DNA of 64,000 nucleotides from Camelus dromedarius (lineage: Eukaryota): the NCBI RefSeq assembly GCF_036321535.1, contig NC_087472.1, forward strand, positions 97,900,001 to 97,964,000, in the 5' to 3' direction. The notes under the pieces are model-generated. The model searched no databases. It had not been told where the DNA came from and saw nothing but the letters and a program-made list of their open reading frames with translations. Positions 1-14,121 of this stretch are shown in pieces. Every line of letters starts with the position of its first letter. Position 1 is the stretch's first letter. The position numbers were made by a program, and so were the translations under genes.

Positions 1-809
1 AAGGACTAGACTTCACGTAACCACAAAGAAAGGAGCTGAATCAGCACTTGAGAAATAGCATGGCCTCTGCTCAAGCAAGAGCCACCCATTACAAGAACCA
101 GGGAGCCATAAGGAAGCTAAGCCAGTCCCCAAAACTGTCCAAGAAAGGCACAAGGGAATCCCCCACTTCACCACTGCACCCAGGAGTTCTAATGATCCCA
201 CTGGATGCCAAGCAGCAAGGACCTCCCATTAACAGCAGCCTGTACACCATTCATTGATGAGCAAGAACTAGATAATGCCTGTATCCCAAGAACTGTTTTT
301 GGACCCATCCACATGGACAACTGTCCTATCAAGAACTTAGTTGAATCATCACCCTCCCAGCAAAGGGGGGCTTTGGACAACCAGAGGCAAAATGGCGACA
401 TAAAAATGAGAGAACACAACACTTAAGTTTGCATGGAATTCAATCCAGCCTGAGATCTTTGTTGGGCCCTGCTTTACAATATCCCACAGTTCTGCTGCTA
501 CTACTGTCATATGTACAACTTACCTGAGTGCCTATTACCTTAATACTACTACGTATAAGATCAGAAGATTTCAACATGCTTAGAAGTACAGTGTTAAGAC
601 ATATAAAAACGGAGTTGTTCTGTGGAAGTAGGGCCAGAGGGGCTTCAGAGCCCTTGTTGTTGGGCCTCTTACCACAACCACCCTCACTGCCAGCTCAAGT
701 GACCCCTGTTATCTTCCTATGAAAACATACTTTGTAAAATATTCTTCTAGAATTTTCTGGGGAGGATTTGGTTTTGTCTCATAATGGACAATGATGCTTC
801 CTAAATGTA

Positions 810-950
810 AGGCTGCATTCCCACTGCATCAGAATCATCTGGAAAGTATTTGTTTATGTCTTTATTGCCCCTACTCTGGAGAGTGTGACCCACAGATCTG
901 AGATAGGGTAGAGAAATCTGTTTTGAACAAGCTTCCCAGGTGACACAGAC
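810..950. mobile_element. MER5-like hAT MITE remnant
   Basis: ctgcatcagaatcatctgga...aacaagcttcccaggtga motifs. Confidence 0.6.
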
Positions 951-1043
951 ATTCAGATGGGTTTCCAGCCAGCTCAGATAAAGCTCACAGGTGGTGCTAT
1001 TAAAATCCCTCAAAGACTCAAATAGCACCAACGCCTCATTGAC

Positions 1044-1320
1044 CTTCTCTGGAGATGCTGACTTAATGCTTTATCTGATCAACTCCCAAGTGACTCTTCA
1101 GCCTCCTTGTTGTGATTTATCTGGAAGCTAAGTTTTCAACTAAGGAGCAGACATGATTCCATGTCGTCCTCTACCTATATTTTCAAATTGACTCCACGGT
1201 ATGTTTCTATCTCATTTTTCATTTCAGTCTGCAGGCAATATACATTTATGTTGCACTGGAACAAAAGGCTTTTTCCTGTATCTGTCCCTACATCATCAGT
1301 ATCCATTGAAGTTTTTGTGA
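1044..1320 (-). pseudogene. Possible decayed exon (MDTDDVGTDTGKSLLFQCNINVYCLQTEMKNEIETY...)
   Basis: Protein-like single frame with few stops. Donor AAG|GTCAAT; acceptor unclear. Confidence 0.35.
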
Positions 1321-1869
1321 GAGTGAAGATTAGTACAAGGAAGTTTTGTAAATGAAATAATGCTGACGAGCTTCTCTGAAGCCTCCTTTTAATGTGTTTT
1401 TTTTTTTTTCAAAGAGGTTATGGTTTGAAGCAGGCTTCGAAGTAAATGAACCCATTAATCAGGCACTAAAACGCTGCTACAGCAGTTTAAAACTATATCA
1501 ATGAAAGTGTATTCTGGAAACCTTTTGCCAAAACTGTCCAGCTTGATTGATTGTTTTATATATACGTATATCTTTTGTTCCCATAGTGCTGCTGTGTTCC
1601 TGAGTATAGGCAATATTTAATGTTCATAGGGCAGAAGAAGAAAAGTAACACATCCACAAATATCCAGTCTTTATATGAATGCTCATATGGTAAACCAAGT
1701 ATTCCACAGTGAAAGGAGATGCATTTAGGCTGCACACACCTCAACCACAATAGCAAAGCAAGTGAAGATTGTCTTTGGCCACTGCTTTTGCTTCTTATTA
1801 CCCCATCAATCTTTTCCTGCCCCATGGTTCACAACTACCCATCCCAACAAAGGCAATCTCCTGAGTTCA

Positions 1870-2120
1870 GCATCCTTGCCTTCTAGAAGCTTTCTCCAAC
1901 CACCTTATCTAAGAGGGCAACCCCCTTCCCTAACACTGTAGCACTGTCAGTTCTGACAATCTGTTCCATCTTCTTCACAGCACTAATCACCTTTTGTTTA
2001 GTGTTGCTCTCCTCCACTGGAATGGAAAATTTGAGAGCAGGACCCCGTCTGTCTTGTCCTCACAAGTTAAGCAGAGCCAAGCTCAGCACATCATAGGCAC
2101 TCAAGAAATATTTGTTGAAC
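1870..2120 (+). mobile_element. L2 LINE 3' end
   Basis: cagcacatcataggcactcaagaaatatttgttgaa, the L2 3' terminus motif. Confidence 0.65.
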
Positions 2121-2689
2121 TTAATAGAAGGAACACGAACTACTGAAAATCAGTTGGCCAAATATCTGCTCTCCAAAAGGCTAAATAGAAGTTGATTTGC
2201 TATTTGAAAATTTGATGAAAAAAAAAAATTCTAAAAGTGCTAGAACAGGCATAAAAGAGAAAACAACACAACAGAGGATCCGAAGGAATTTCATATAAAC
2301 TGAAAAAAAAAAATCCTACTTGAACTTCTGAAATGTTGTATAAGGAAAAAATACCTTTCTAGTTATTAAATATCTTTGTAAAAATATCAAACTGCTATAT
2401 CAGTCTTGGTTTGCAACACTTTGACTAGTCTTCCAAATGCTGCTATAAAGACAAAAATGAAAGCTAGTCAAGTAAAAAAACTTCACAGAAATCTCCCAAA
2501 GCTCTTAGGACCATTCAGTGTCAAATGCAGTAAGCTTCATAAAGATTTAATATGGGGAAGTTAAGTTTTAGGTAAACTGATGAATTTGATAAGTTAGGCT
2601 AATCGTTCACTTGAAAAATATTGTTATTTAACAAATCAACTATTCAGCCTATTGATTTTAGCTATTTAGCTACAACCTTATTTTGGACC

Positions 2690-2830
2690 TAGAACTGTAT
2701 TATTCCCACCTTACAGTGGATGAACCTGAGGTCCACCAGCTTGCCCAAGGACACCCCAGCAGTAAATGGTGGAGCTGGCCTTCAGACTCCAGTCTTTCAA
2801 AATGTGGAGTCTGAGCCTTCAACACCAAGT
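2690..2830 (-). mobile_element. MIR SINE
   Basis: tattcccaccttacag..gaacctgagg..ttgcccaagg..cagcagtaaatggtggagctgg core. Confidence 0.6.
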
Positions 2831-3171
2831 GGTACTGTCTACCCCCAAGACCCTCAGCAGTCTAGAATTTAATATCAAAGGTTTCAAAACTTCTAGAATA
2901 CTTCTGTAGGACAGAGATATGTAGTTACTTGTAATTTGCATACGGCAGGAATTTGAATCAAGGCTGCTTAGTGAGCATGTATGGCAGGCTGTGGACGTAT
3001 CTGAATGCTTATGAAGCTATTATTTTCTGCTCAAGGTTACTTGGTCACTCTCAAGAGTCTGAAATTTACTAGGAAAAGTGCATGCTACAGATGAGAGGTA
3101 TTTACAAATCTGGGCTATGTTCAGCACCTAGTGAAAGTCAACTTCAAGGTCCTCACAGAAATAGAATATAC

Positions 3172-3266
3172 CTTATGATGGCAGCCTTGGGTATTCATGA
3201 ATTTTCTGCACTTTCCCACACTGGCCTCTTTGTTTTTCTGAACAATATGGTAAACAGGGCCACTGG
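3172..3266 (-). pseudogene. Possible 95-nt exon (SGPVYHIVQKNKEASVGKCRKFMNTQGCHHK)
   Basis: Acceptor ctgctctttttctcAG and donor AAG|GTATAT. Confidence 0.45.
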
Positions 3267-5109
3267 CTGAGAAAAAGAGCAGGTGAGTACTGCATGAGAC
3301 GAACTGGAGACAAAGATTATTTCTGCACATGTCACAGACTAGTCATTTCTCTGCACCAAGCTTTGTAAACATTCAAGAATCTCCTGAGATTCTTAAGCCT
3401 CATAGGTTATTTTTGTTTGTTTTTGTTTGCACTTTTTAAAAGATAGTAATTCAATTCTCTCTCATTTCATAGATTTAAACTCAAGCCCCCAAATTTTTAA
3501 TTTTTCTCAAGGTCACTGACCTGGTCACTGGTGGAGTATGGATGTGAAACTAAGTCTCAGTTTTCCCATGCCAGAGTTCTCTTCTATTATCAATGGTTTT
3601 TCAAACTTTTTTTTTTTTAAATGAACCATTTTTCCTCTGAACTGAATCTAACCTCAGTATATGTAACTGATAAAGGCTGCATTTTATTAGTATAAAATTA
3701 TTGATGGGTATTATATGCAGCATTTACTTATAACATCAATCGAAGAGAAACATGAGATTTTTGAAAACATTTGAAATAGGGGATTAAGGATGCCAACAAA
3801 TCTGTCTCAGCATCCAATTTTTCTTTTTATTTTATTACACAGTACCGAGAAAATCCTGACTCACTCAGAAAAGTAATTGCAAATGATAACAGTTTTTAAT
3901 AACTCCCCTTGCAACCTCAGAATGCTCTTGAATCAAACTTTGCTCTTGAACCAAACTCTTGAAAAGGCTGGGGAACACCATGCCTGGAAAAGAGTTTTGG
4001 AAACCGCTGCAATTAAACTACATTCCTTTCCCATCTTTTCCACAATATCCCTGCCAATGACTATTCAGTTCAATAGCAGAAGTCATCAACAGACTAAATG
4101 CTGACTGAGGACGGTTTGGGGAAAAAAAAAAAAAAACAGAGCCTGTAGGAAGATGGAAAAAAGAAAAGGGAAAAGCAAAGAGTTCAGTTTCATTCTAGTG
4201 CAATTCACTGGAAATTAATTCAACAAATGAGCAGTTTGCCAAATGACTAATTAATCAAATTTATTGATTTGCCAAAAAAAACCAAAACCTGTTTCTTATG
4301 ACTGTCTAGTTCAGGGCATTTGGTATTGAATGTGATGCTTTTAACAGCATTCTGAAGGCCTTTGCTAAATTTCAGTTGAGTGGTTTTCATTTTGCTTTCA
4401 GAGCAGCATTTTAAGGAAAGTACAATTGACTTTGCTCCATCAACCTACAACTCAACAGCAGGGAGGGAGACCTCAGGCCTGCAAAAATCACTCCTGGCCT
4501 GCCCACCCCAGAGAGGGGTTACTAATGGGCTGAGAATGAGGAGACCAAGGGGCAGATGGAGAAAAGGTGAGGGGCAGAGAGCGTGCAGAGCACGAGGACT
4601 ACATGACAGTGGGAGGGAAGAGCAAAAGGGAGGGTTGGGGTGGGCAGAATCCAAAGGCCCCAGAATCCAGGAAAGTTCTGGCTCTTCACAGCTCTCCTTG
4701 CTAGTTCCTCCAGTATCAATGGATGTAGACTTTGTTAAGAAATTAGGTTTCAGAAATGGGTAAAATTGCTGAGTATAAGACATGCATTCTCTTAAACTAC
4801 TTGGAGAAAAATTAAGAGATTATCAAATCCTCCTCCCTCAAAAAAAAAATACATACACACACACACACACACAGAAAGTATATACCACTGGAAGTGTGGA
4901 AATTCAGCCGGGAATGAGAAAGCAACTTTCTCATAAATCCAACTAGAGGCAAACCCTGGATTAAAACCAGATCTGATTCTTAGACTAATGCCTTTCCTGT
5001 TGCTTTTTATAGCTTTTTAAGGTGAATATGCCTGTCTGGACATTTGCCTCCGTTGGCTCTTAGAGATTTCGCCCCAAAATAATACCAAAGTAAAGTAAAA
5101 TGAAATTAC

Positions 5110-5315
5110 ATTTCACAAGTTAATTTCTTATTCTTTTTAAGTGACTAAATTAATAGGCTAAAGTTTCAATCGGTCCAAAAGACATAACCCTCGTAAAAAT
5201 GAAGTCCTTCTTAAACGCCAATTTAGTCATCAGGTCTGAGACACTTTTGTTTAAACCTGCCTAATTTTTAGAGGTTTAGACGTAGTTAAGCTTTTTCCCA
5301 TTCTTTGAAGACTTC
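5110..5315 (-). pseudogene. Possible decayed exon (EVFKEWEKA*LRLNL*KLGRF...GLHFYEGYVFW)
   Basis: Acceptor tgtctcatttgcAG and donor aat|GTAATT. Confidence 0.4.
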
Positions 5316-5649
5316 CTGCAAATGAGACATGCAGCCATTTTATAAAAATGATAAATTGGCTTGTTGCAAGTAGCCCAGCATCCTATTCCTCATGTCTGTT
5401 TCTCCTCTCACACTGTATCACTTCCTGGAAGTATTAATAGTTGCATTTCATTTTCCTATATAAATATTTAAGGACTGTAATTCTGCCCAGTTGACATTGG
5501 CAGTGCCTGTGCACGGTGATGTTTCATTATCCGCTCCTCGTATCAACATAATCTTGTCAAACTTTGTTTCCAATAAATATGGCAGGCTGTATTTGGAATA
5601 TTTTAATAACCGAGCAGAGTCATATTGCTTTCAATCATGGCCTGCTTAC

Positions 5650-6168
5650 AAATCCCCAGCTAAGAGGTGCAGTTACATGGAACAATAACCCATGAGCAGC
5701 GTCCCAATATATTTTCATTAGTCAATGACACCCAGCTGCAGAGAGAAATTAGGCTGTGTCCTTTAAAACTCATCGTTCCCTTGTGGCAGAACCACAGCAG
5801 GCCGATTGGCTTCACCAAACCTTCCTGCCATTGTTCAATGAATGCTCCAGCTGGGTTGTGTTCATCATAAACCCTAAGTCTGCAATTTTTCAATTCCATA
5901 TTAGGCTCAGATTCAAAGCCTATTGTTCTGCCATGACTGGGGAGGCAGACAAGGAGAATGTCACTGAGGAGCTATTGTTTAAAGCACTTCTTCTCACCCT
6001 ATTATTCTGGGTCATTTGGAAAGATAATTTATCTCTGGAAACTTTGGAAACCATGATTGGTTTGGCATTACCTTTGATTTTCTCCTGGTTTCTTAATTCT
6101 TTAACAATACTCTTAAGAAGGACATCATTTTTCAGACTTTTCAGATCAAAGTAGCCCAAATGGGGACA
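5650..6168 (-). pseudogene. Large decayed exon (CPHLGYFDLKSLKNDVLLKSIVKELRNQEK... / ELKNCRLRVYDEH)
   Basis: Acceptor tgtttcctttctAG, 82 open codons, then a frameshift. Possible donor ttt|GTAAGC at 5649. Confidence 0.5.
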
Positions 6169-7084
6169 CTAGAAAGGAAACACTTCAAATGGAAAAAACT
6201 TCGTAAGTTATGTTTTCATCTTTGTTTTAACACTAGTTCGTTTTTGTTCTTTCATCATCCAAAAAGCTACAAAAGTGAAACCACATTTTTCTGTAATAGG
6301 CAGGTTGCCATTTAGATGAGTAAAACCCCAACATCTCTCAGCAAAAAGAAGTAAGAACCTGAGCTTTACACCTGTAGAGGGCTCACATCACACATCGACC
6401 AAGCTGAAATACCTACAAGGTCTGGGACAATCACGTGGGAAGTGTGCAGGGTCTGAAAAACAGCACAGAATGGTGAGGGTCATGAACTAGAATGTGAACT
6501 GCCAGCCTAACTGGGGCAGTCGCTGCTCAGATCCAGCTGATTGTTACCCTGTAAGAACAACAGGCCCATGGAGCCAAAGATCGTGATTTTCTTTTGGAGA
6601 GACTATAGATCTAAATTTGTACGTGAGATCTTGCAATTTGAGAAGATTAGCTAACGTTAAAACCTATTCTGAGGGGATAAACAAAGCATGTCAACATTGG
6701 CCTGAGGTCCTGGCCACTGAGTAGCCACCTTACAACTTCCTAAGACAAAACATAAATAAATGAACAGAACAGTCATTCAGTCTGAATATTAAATCATTAA
6801 TAGAGGCATCAACCGTTAGAGCTACAAGAACATTAAAAATCATTCCGTTTGATCTAGTTACTGGAAAAATAATGAAAATAGAAGAAAAAAGTTAAGAAAC
6901 TTAAGCTTTCAGAGGTAACAAGAACTAGCTCATGATGCCACAGCAGATGGCAGGATTCCGAACTCCTCGTCCAGGGTCTATGCTGACATCCAAGTGAACC
7001 AGCCTTGACTCCGTAACTCGGGACATTTCTACACTGAACCGGCCAACACCACCATTTGGATAACAAAAGAAGTAACAGGTAAAC

Positions 7085-7247
7085 CAAAGAGTCATATCAT
7101 TTGTATAGTGAGACTTAAATGCCTATATTTTAAAATATTAGAGGAAATACTTTCAGACTGGAACTTGTCCTCCGTGTTCAAGAAAGAACCTCTCTGGGAT
7201 ACAAAAAGCATTGAACTCTTGCTATGAACCACTTGCTGGGCAAAAAG
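7085..7247 (-). pseudogene. Possible decayed exon (LFAQQVVHSKSSMLFVSQRG...)
   Basis: Acceptor tgtttgttttcaccctcAG followed by an open frame. Confidence 0.38.
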
Positions 7248-8764
7248 CTGAGGGTGAAAACAAACATGGGCCCAAAAGTTTATAGTCAAAAGAAACAAAC
7301 CCTCATCAGGTTTGTCACTCCCTGCTTACAATCCTTCAATGGCTTCCCCAACCTTAAGAGTAAAAGCCAAGTAAATAAAAAATTACTCAAAGAAGCTAGG
7401 TAAACAGGAAGACAAAGAGAAGTGTATGTGGTGGGGTACTACTGTGGTTACAGAGGTTCCTCACCTAATGGAAGAGATGTTCCCTTGAAATATATCCCGT
7501 TCACGCAAACTATGTGTTATGTTAAACCATAGAAAATTATCAATATTTGACCATTCTTTAACTGTAAAAAATAGTAGTTTCATATGATTCAATCTATTAC
7601 ATAGAATCCTAGCTTCACACTGATTATTACCATTTAATTCTCTCTGGAGAACCCCTTCTCCTTCTTCCTGAAAGACTCTTCTTCACTTCCATGATGCCTT
7701 GCTTTTCTGATTTTGTATCCTCCTTCATTGGACACTGCTCTTCTAGCTTCTTTGCTTGGCCCACCTTGTCCACCAGAACTCTAAAGGTCAATTTCCTAAG
7801 GCCTAGGTTCTGCTTCTTTTCTAAACACTTGCCTATTGTTTATTTATAATATCTATTTGAAGATAATGTCCAAATTTACATAACTAACCAAAATTTTCTA
7901 ACTACCAGTCTGACACATCTAACTGATAACCTGTTATTCAATTTGGCTATCTTCTCCCAGGCATCCCAGATGCATCATGTTGAAGATCAAGCTCCTGGTC
8001 TTTTCCAAAATCTGCTCCACCTTTCTTCCCCATTTCCATAAATGCTACTTCTAACCACCACATTGCTTAAGCCAGAAAACCTGGAGTCCTCCTCAGTATC
8101 TCCCACACTCTGACCAAGTCCTGATGGTTCTAAACACAGGATCTCAAAGGTATCTGCTTCTTTCCACCTCTAACGTATCCACCATAGAGCGAGACACCTC
8201 TGGCTGGAATACTGCAATACTTCCCTAATAACTCCCCTTCCCTGCTACTGGTCTCTTCTCCACACTATAAATTCATTTCTTGTTCCATTATTTTATTCAT
8301 TCCTCAAATATTTTGTGGGCCACTATGTGCCAGACAGTGTACTAGGTACTGGAGATTAAATGTTGGACAGAAAGTCCCAATGAAGCAAATACCACATCAT
8401 GAAACTTTCCTATTTGAAAACTTTCAATGGCTTCTCATCTCTGAAAAAGATCCAAATGAATTAATATGAGAAAAAAGTCACAGATGACATGGCTTCTGGC
8501 CACCTCTCCAGCCCCATCTCTCAGTTTATCCCCCTTACTCTCTGTACTGGTCACATTGGTTTTCTTTTAGTTCTTCAAGCAAGCCAATGTCTTTCCTGAT
8601 TGTAGGCCTTCCTTCTTGGTAATTTCTCTGCCTGTAAATTTCTTCCCCATCTTCCCCATCACCTCTCCTCTACCATCTCATTTAAATGAAATGGGTAAAA
8701 GTCACTCAATTTCTATCACAGTGAAGTGTTAGAAATAAGCTGTGCATATATCCAGAGAAAACTA

Positions 8765-9355
8765 TGTTAATTCGAAAAGATACATGTACCCCAATGTTCA
8801 CAACAGCACTATTTACAATAGCCAAGACATGGAAATGACCTAAATATCCATCAACAGATGATTGAAGAAGTGCTATATATATACAATGGAATACTACTCA
8901 GCCATAAAAAGAATGAAATAATGCCATGTGCAACAACATGGATGGACCTAGAGATTATCATACTAAGTGAAGTAAGTCAGACTGAGAAAGACAAATATCA
9001 TATGATGTTGCTTATATGTGGAATCTTAAAAATTATATAAATTTTATTTATAAACCAGAAATAGACTCACAGACATAGAAAACAAACTGCTTATCAGGGG
9101 GGAAAGGGGGGTGGGAGGGATAGATTAGGAGTTTGGGATTAACAGATACACACTACTATATATAAAATAAACAAGTACCTACTGTAGAGCACAGGGAACT
9201 ATGTTCAGTTTCTTGTAATGAGCTGTAATGGAAAAGAAATTGAAATATATATGTATGTGTGCAGGTATGTATATGTATAACTTTGCTGTACACCTGAAAC
9301 TAACATTGTAAATCAACCACACTTTAATAAAAAATAAGAATAAAAAAAAAGAAAG
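8765..9355 (+). mobile_element. L1 3' fragment (end of ORF2, 3'UTR, polyA)
   Basis: aaaagatacatgtaccccaatgttc..gcaacaacatggatggacctagagattatcatactaagtgaagtaag, then an A-rich tail. Confidence 0.9.
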
Positions 9356-9459
9356 AAGCCCTGAAACCCTGGACCTAAAGTCAAAAACATTGAGTGCACA
9401 TCTTGGGTCGGTGGAAGGTTTGTCATTAGTTGTCTCACCAGTAAAGAAAGGGGTAAGCA

Positions 9460-10868
9460 TGGAGAAAAGACAGTCTCCTTAGCAAGTGATGTTGGGAAAG
9501 CTGGATAGCAGCATGTAAATCAATGATGTTATAACATTCCCTCACTCCATACACAAAAATAAACTCAAAATGGCTTAAAGACAAATATAAGACAAGACAC
9601 AATAAATCTCCTAGAAGAAAACACAGGCAAAACATTCTCTGACATAAATCTTAGCAATGTTCTCCTAGAGCAGTTTACCCAGGCAATAGAAATAAGAGCA
9701 AAAATAAACAAATGGGACCTAATTAAATTTATAAGCTTTTGCACAGCAAAGGAAACCATAAGCAAAACAAAATGACAACCTACGGAATGGGAGAAAATAT
9801 CTGCAAATGATGCAACTGACAAGGGCTTCATTTCCAGAATATATAAACAGCTCATACAACTTAACAACAAAAAAACCAACAACCCCATCCAAAAATGGGC
9901 AGAAGACCTAAACAAGCAATTCTCCAATGAAGACATATAAATGGCCAACAGGCACATGAAAAAATGCTCAATATCACTATCAGAGAAATGCAAATCAAAA
10001 CTACAATGAGGTATCACTTCACACCAGTCAGAATGGCCATCATTCAAAAGTCCACGAACAATAAATGCTGGAGAGGGTGTGGAGAAAAGGGAACCCTCCT
10101 ATACTACTGGTGGGAATGTAGTTTGCTGCAGCCATTATGGAAAACAGTATGGAGATTCCTCAAAAGACTGAAAATAGACCTACCATATGATCCAGTAATC
10201 CCACTTCTGGGTATATATCCAGAGGGAACTCTAATTTGAAAAGATACATGCACCTCAATGTTCACAGCAGCACTATTTACGATAGTCAAGACATGGGAAC
10301 AACCTAAATGTCCATCAATAGATGACTGGATAAAGAAGCTGTGGTATATTTATACAGCGGACTACTACTCAGCCATAAAAAATAAAATGATACCATTTAC
10401 AGCAGCATGGATGGACCTGGAAATCGTCATTCTAAGTGAAGTAAGCCAGAAAGAGAAAGAAAAATACCATATGAGATCGCTCATATGTGGAATCTAAAAA
10501 ACAAAAACAAAAACAAACAAACAAACAAACAAAAACAAAGCGTAAATACAGGACAGAAATAGACTCATAGACAGAGAATACAGACTTGTGGTTGCCAGGG
10601 GGTGGAGGGTGGGAAGGGATAGACTGGGATTTCAAAATTGTAGAATAGATAAACAAGATTACACTGTATAGCACAGGGAAATATACACAAAATATTATGA
10701 TAACTCACAGAGAAAAAAATGTGACAATGAGTGTGTATATGTCCATGAATGACTGAAAAATTGTGCTGAACACTGGAATTTGACACAACATTGTAAAATG
10801 ATTATAAATCAATAAAAAATGTTAAAAAAATAAAAATAAAAATATTAAAAAAAATAAAAAAAAATAAA
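9460..10868 (+). mobile_element. 5'-truncated L1, relatively young (ORF2 C-terminus, 3'UTR, polyA)
   Basis: ORF2-like peptides [44 protein letters not shown] and [19 protein letters not shown]. Long A-rich tail at about 10810-10868. Confidence 0.95.
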
Positions 10869-11959
10869 GACTATCTACTGCAGACCCCTGTCTTACTGAT
10901 AAGGAAACCAAGGCCCAGAATAGTTAAATTAACTTATCATAGTACAATAAACAGCTCTTTTGTTGGGCAAACCCTTTTTCTAACATTATGTAGGTGCTAT
11001 TGGCCTTTGGAACTGAACAGATTGTTTTGTACTAAGGGAGGAAAACAGACAGTCATATTTAGCTAGGATAGTAATTCAAAATGTTTGCACTGGTACATAG
11101 ACAGAAACTAACAGTAAATGAAGAAACTGGGATGCTTAGTTAAATATATATTTTTTAAAAAGATGTTTTATAAAGATGCGAACATTCAGTACAGCAGATG
11201 GACACACTGTTCGTAAAATCATTTCCCTGATATACAAATTCTAAACCTTCCATTGTCACAGTACTTTCATTAGTAAATTGGTTCAATGACCAATGCAAGG
11301 AACAAAAATGTCCATCTCCCTAGGAGACAGGGAAGCATATGCTGCATGTAGGTCCTAGAGAATCTCCTGACATGAGTACTTCCAATCAAAGAATTGTTTT
11401 CTAGTTGAAATCAAGCTTAAATAAGGGAGGGAAACACCTTATGGGAGAAAAAACCAGCTGGCTGAGATTGGTGGTTAAGATACAGACTAAAGGAATCACT
11501 TCCCCAGAGACCTTAGAAATTAAAGTTGGCCAGTCTGGGGACAGAGGGATAATATGGCCGGTGGCTCAGTTGACATGTTCATTTAAGTTCTGGGGCAAGA
11601 GTGTGAGTATGTCCCAGTCATCTTAAAAGGTAGTTACGAAGAGAGCCAAATACTAATTTTATCAAAACACCCTGTGTGGCACCTTTACCATAAGTAGACA
11701 CAGAGCTAGTGAGTGAAAAAAAGTTAAAAGAAATGAAGTCAACAACAGAAACTGCAGGAAACATTCATTTACATACTTTAATTGGCACCAACTTATGAAA
11801 ATTTAAATTTCATCCTCTTTCATAAATAAGCTATGTAGAACTCATCAGATGCCGTAAATATGGGTCACCTTATTTAGAACGCAGGGGATAAACCTGAACA
11901 GAAATATTTTAAATAGAAATCTGAGGGACGATGAAGATTTAACTGTTACACAGTCTTGT

Positions 11960-12108
11960 TTATGACGTATTTGAAATCTCAGTGAGACGGCGTATAGCAA
12001 TTCTACCATCTTTGAAAACATCATGGAGAATACAAAAATTATCTTTGAGGAAAATAATCTGGATACAAGAGTTATTGTTAAGAGCTTTTTCAATGCAATT
12101 CTTCTCAC
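11960..12108 (-). pseudogene. Possible decayed exon (EKNCIEKALNNNSCIQIIFLKDNFCILHDVFKDGRIAIRRL)
   Basis: Acceptor ccttacAG. KDGRIAIRRL resembles a WD-repeat DGxIxIWxL strand. Confidence 0.42.
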
Positions 12109-12609
12109 CTGTAAGGTCCAATGGACTCTTCTAAGCCCACCTAAATCTCTCTTGTTTTCAAGGTCCAATCCATATCCCATCCATAAAAATATGGAAAACA
12201 GTCAACTTGACTGGATTATACATTAAAGCAAGATTTTCTTTTTAGTTTTCAAATTATCAAAACTTAAAAAAAAATAATAACAATGCCGAAGCTTGTGAGG
12301 GTGCAATGAAACAGAGCTCTCGCTGGGAAGAATGGTGGGAATTTGGTTAACATATCAAGAGGCTTAAAAGAACTCATTCTTTGACTTACTAGTTCCATTT
12401 CTGGGAATATATAAAAAAGATAGAATCAGATTAAGAGAAAACAACTTTTAGTGCATAAAAATATTGGTTCCCATGTTATTTAAATGGGAAAACTGGAAAT
12501 ATTGATATGGCCCACAATAGGGGAGTTGAAATTACAGTATATCAACAATGGCCATTTTCATTTTCTTCTCCGTAGTTTTTTATGCCTTAAAATTTTATAT
12601 GCTGTATTA

Positions 12610-12904
12610 CATCTGCAATGCTATTTATATTTTATACTGCTGCATTTCTTTTATTTTGCTGAATTATTTTTTCTTTTAAGTTGTCTCTCTACAGGCAAGT
12701 CTTAGTTCAGGTTGATATTTAAGAAAATTCTCTAGGGCTCTATTCTCACAGTTGGAGACAACAATGAGATTATGACGATGGATACTGTCACCAAAGGAAA
12801 GAGGGGTGAGACTATTCTTGAGAAAAATTGACCACTGGCCTTGGACGATCAGGGTGAGTCCCAAAGATTGCTGAGCTCTCAACCGGAGCTGACAAGTGCT
12901 GCTT
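12610..12904 (-). pseudogene. Possible decayed exon (STCQLRLRAQQSLGLTLIVQGQWSIF...)
   Basis: Acceptor cttttcccttctgacgttAG. About 75 open codons, overlapping ORF 12676..12882(-). Confidence 0.4.
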
Positions 12905-13630
12905 CTAACGTCAGAAGGGAAAAGTTCCCATATTTGTTACATCCTACCAAAAAGAAATAGTAGAGAATTCTAGCAGATTTGAACTCAGAGTGTTTCAAAA
13001 GAAAAGCTATTTAGATTGAGCCCGTAGACTGGACAAATGGGCGCTACTGATACAGGAATACTGATATATTTGTGAATGCTTGAGATGGCCAGGCAAGTCA
13101 GAGACTGACATTCTAGGGAGGGGGAACTGACATATTCAAAGGCACAGAGATGTGAACAGGCATAGTGTTTAGTTTTGCTAGAGTGTAAAGAGAAACTGGA
13201 AAATGAGGATGAGGCATTAAAGAGGAGAAGGAAGGTCTTCTGTGCCATGTTGAAGAACTGGAGATAAAGAGCCACCAGTGATTTTTCAGCCATCAGAGAA
13301 ACACGATCAGATGTGCTGCTCAGAAGACTATCAGTGCAGAAGAGGAAGGTAAAACTGGAGGCAGAGAAACCAGATAAAAGTTGTTTAAATAGTCCCGGAA
13401 GACATGTTAAAAATTATTGTAGGTTGGATGCAACCTCAGGGCTTGAATATAGAAAAAGGTAGGTTCAGAAGATTTAGTGAGGGAAACCCATTGAGTAATA
13501 AAATTAAGGGAAAATGCACATTTGTGTTTCCACCAAGAAGGATCACAAATTGAAGAGCAATGAGCATGGCAATAAAAAACTTGTTCGAATTTGAAAACAT
13601 GAAACCCTCCTACGTCTGTCTACTTAGATC

Positions 13631-14121
13631 TGTGGTGGTTGTAACTGATGTCCACAAGTTCTTTGATCCACTTTCAAAAAGATGGAGTCCAGTTCCCCAC
13701 CCCATGGATTTGGCTAGTCTTGGCAACTCTCTTATAACAAATAAAATACAGCAGATTTACAACATACAAGACTAGAACTCACTCTCTCCCTTGGGATCCA
13801 GCCACCATGCTATGAGGAAGCCCAGGCTACACGGAGGGACCACTTGCTCCAGCCGTGTCATCTAACCATAGCTCAGGTGAAGTCCCAGTTGACAGCCAGC
13901 CTCAACCTTAAAACCTGTGAGTGAAGAAAACTTTTGAGATGACTCCAACCCCATCCACTACAACTGCATGAGAAACCCCAGAAGAGAACTGCCCAGCTGG
14001 ACTCAGTCAACAACTTCAACTGTGAAAGATAATATATAATAAAATGATAAAATATAATAAAATATAAAATAACATAATTGGGGGAGTTGATTTGTTATGC
14101 AGCAAAAGATAACTAGGACAC
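13631..14121 (+). mobile_element. MLT1-type (MaLR) solo LTR
   Basis: Starts tgtggtggttgt, contains gccaccatgctatgaggaagccca, ends gatttgttatgcagcaaaagataactaggaca. Confidence 0.8.

Noticed and set aside
9565..10047. 160-aa minus-strand ORF
   Set aside because: It is the antisense reading of L1 ORF2.
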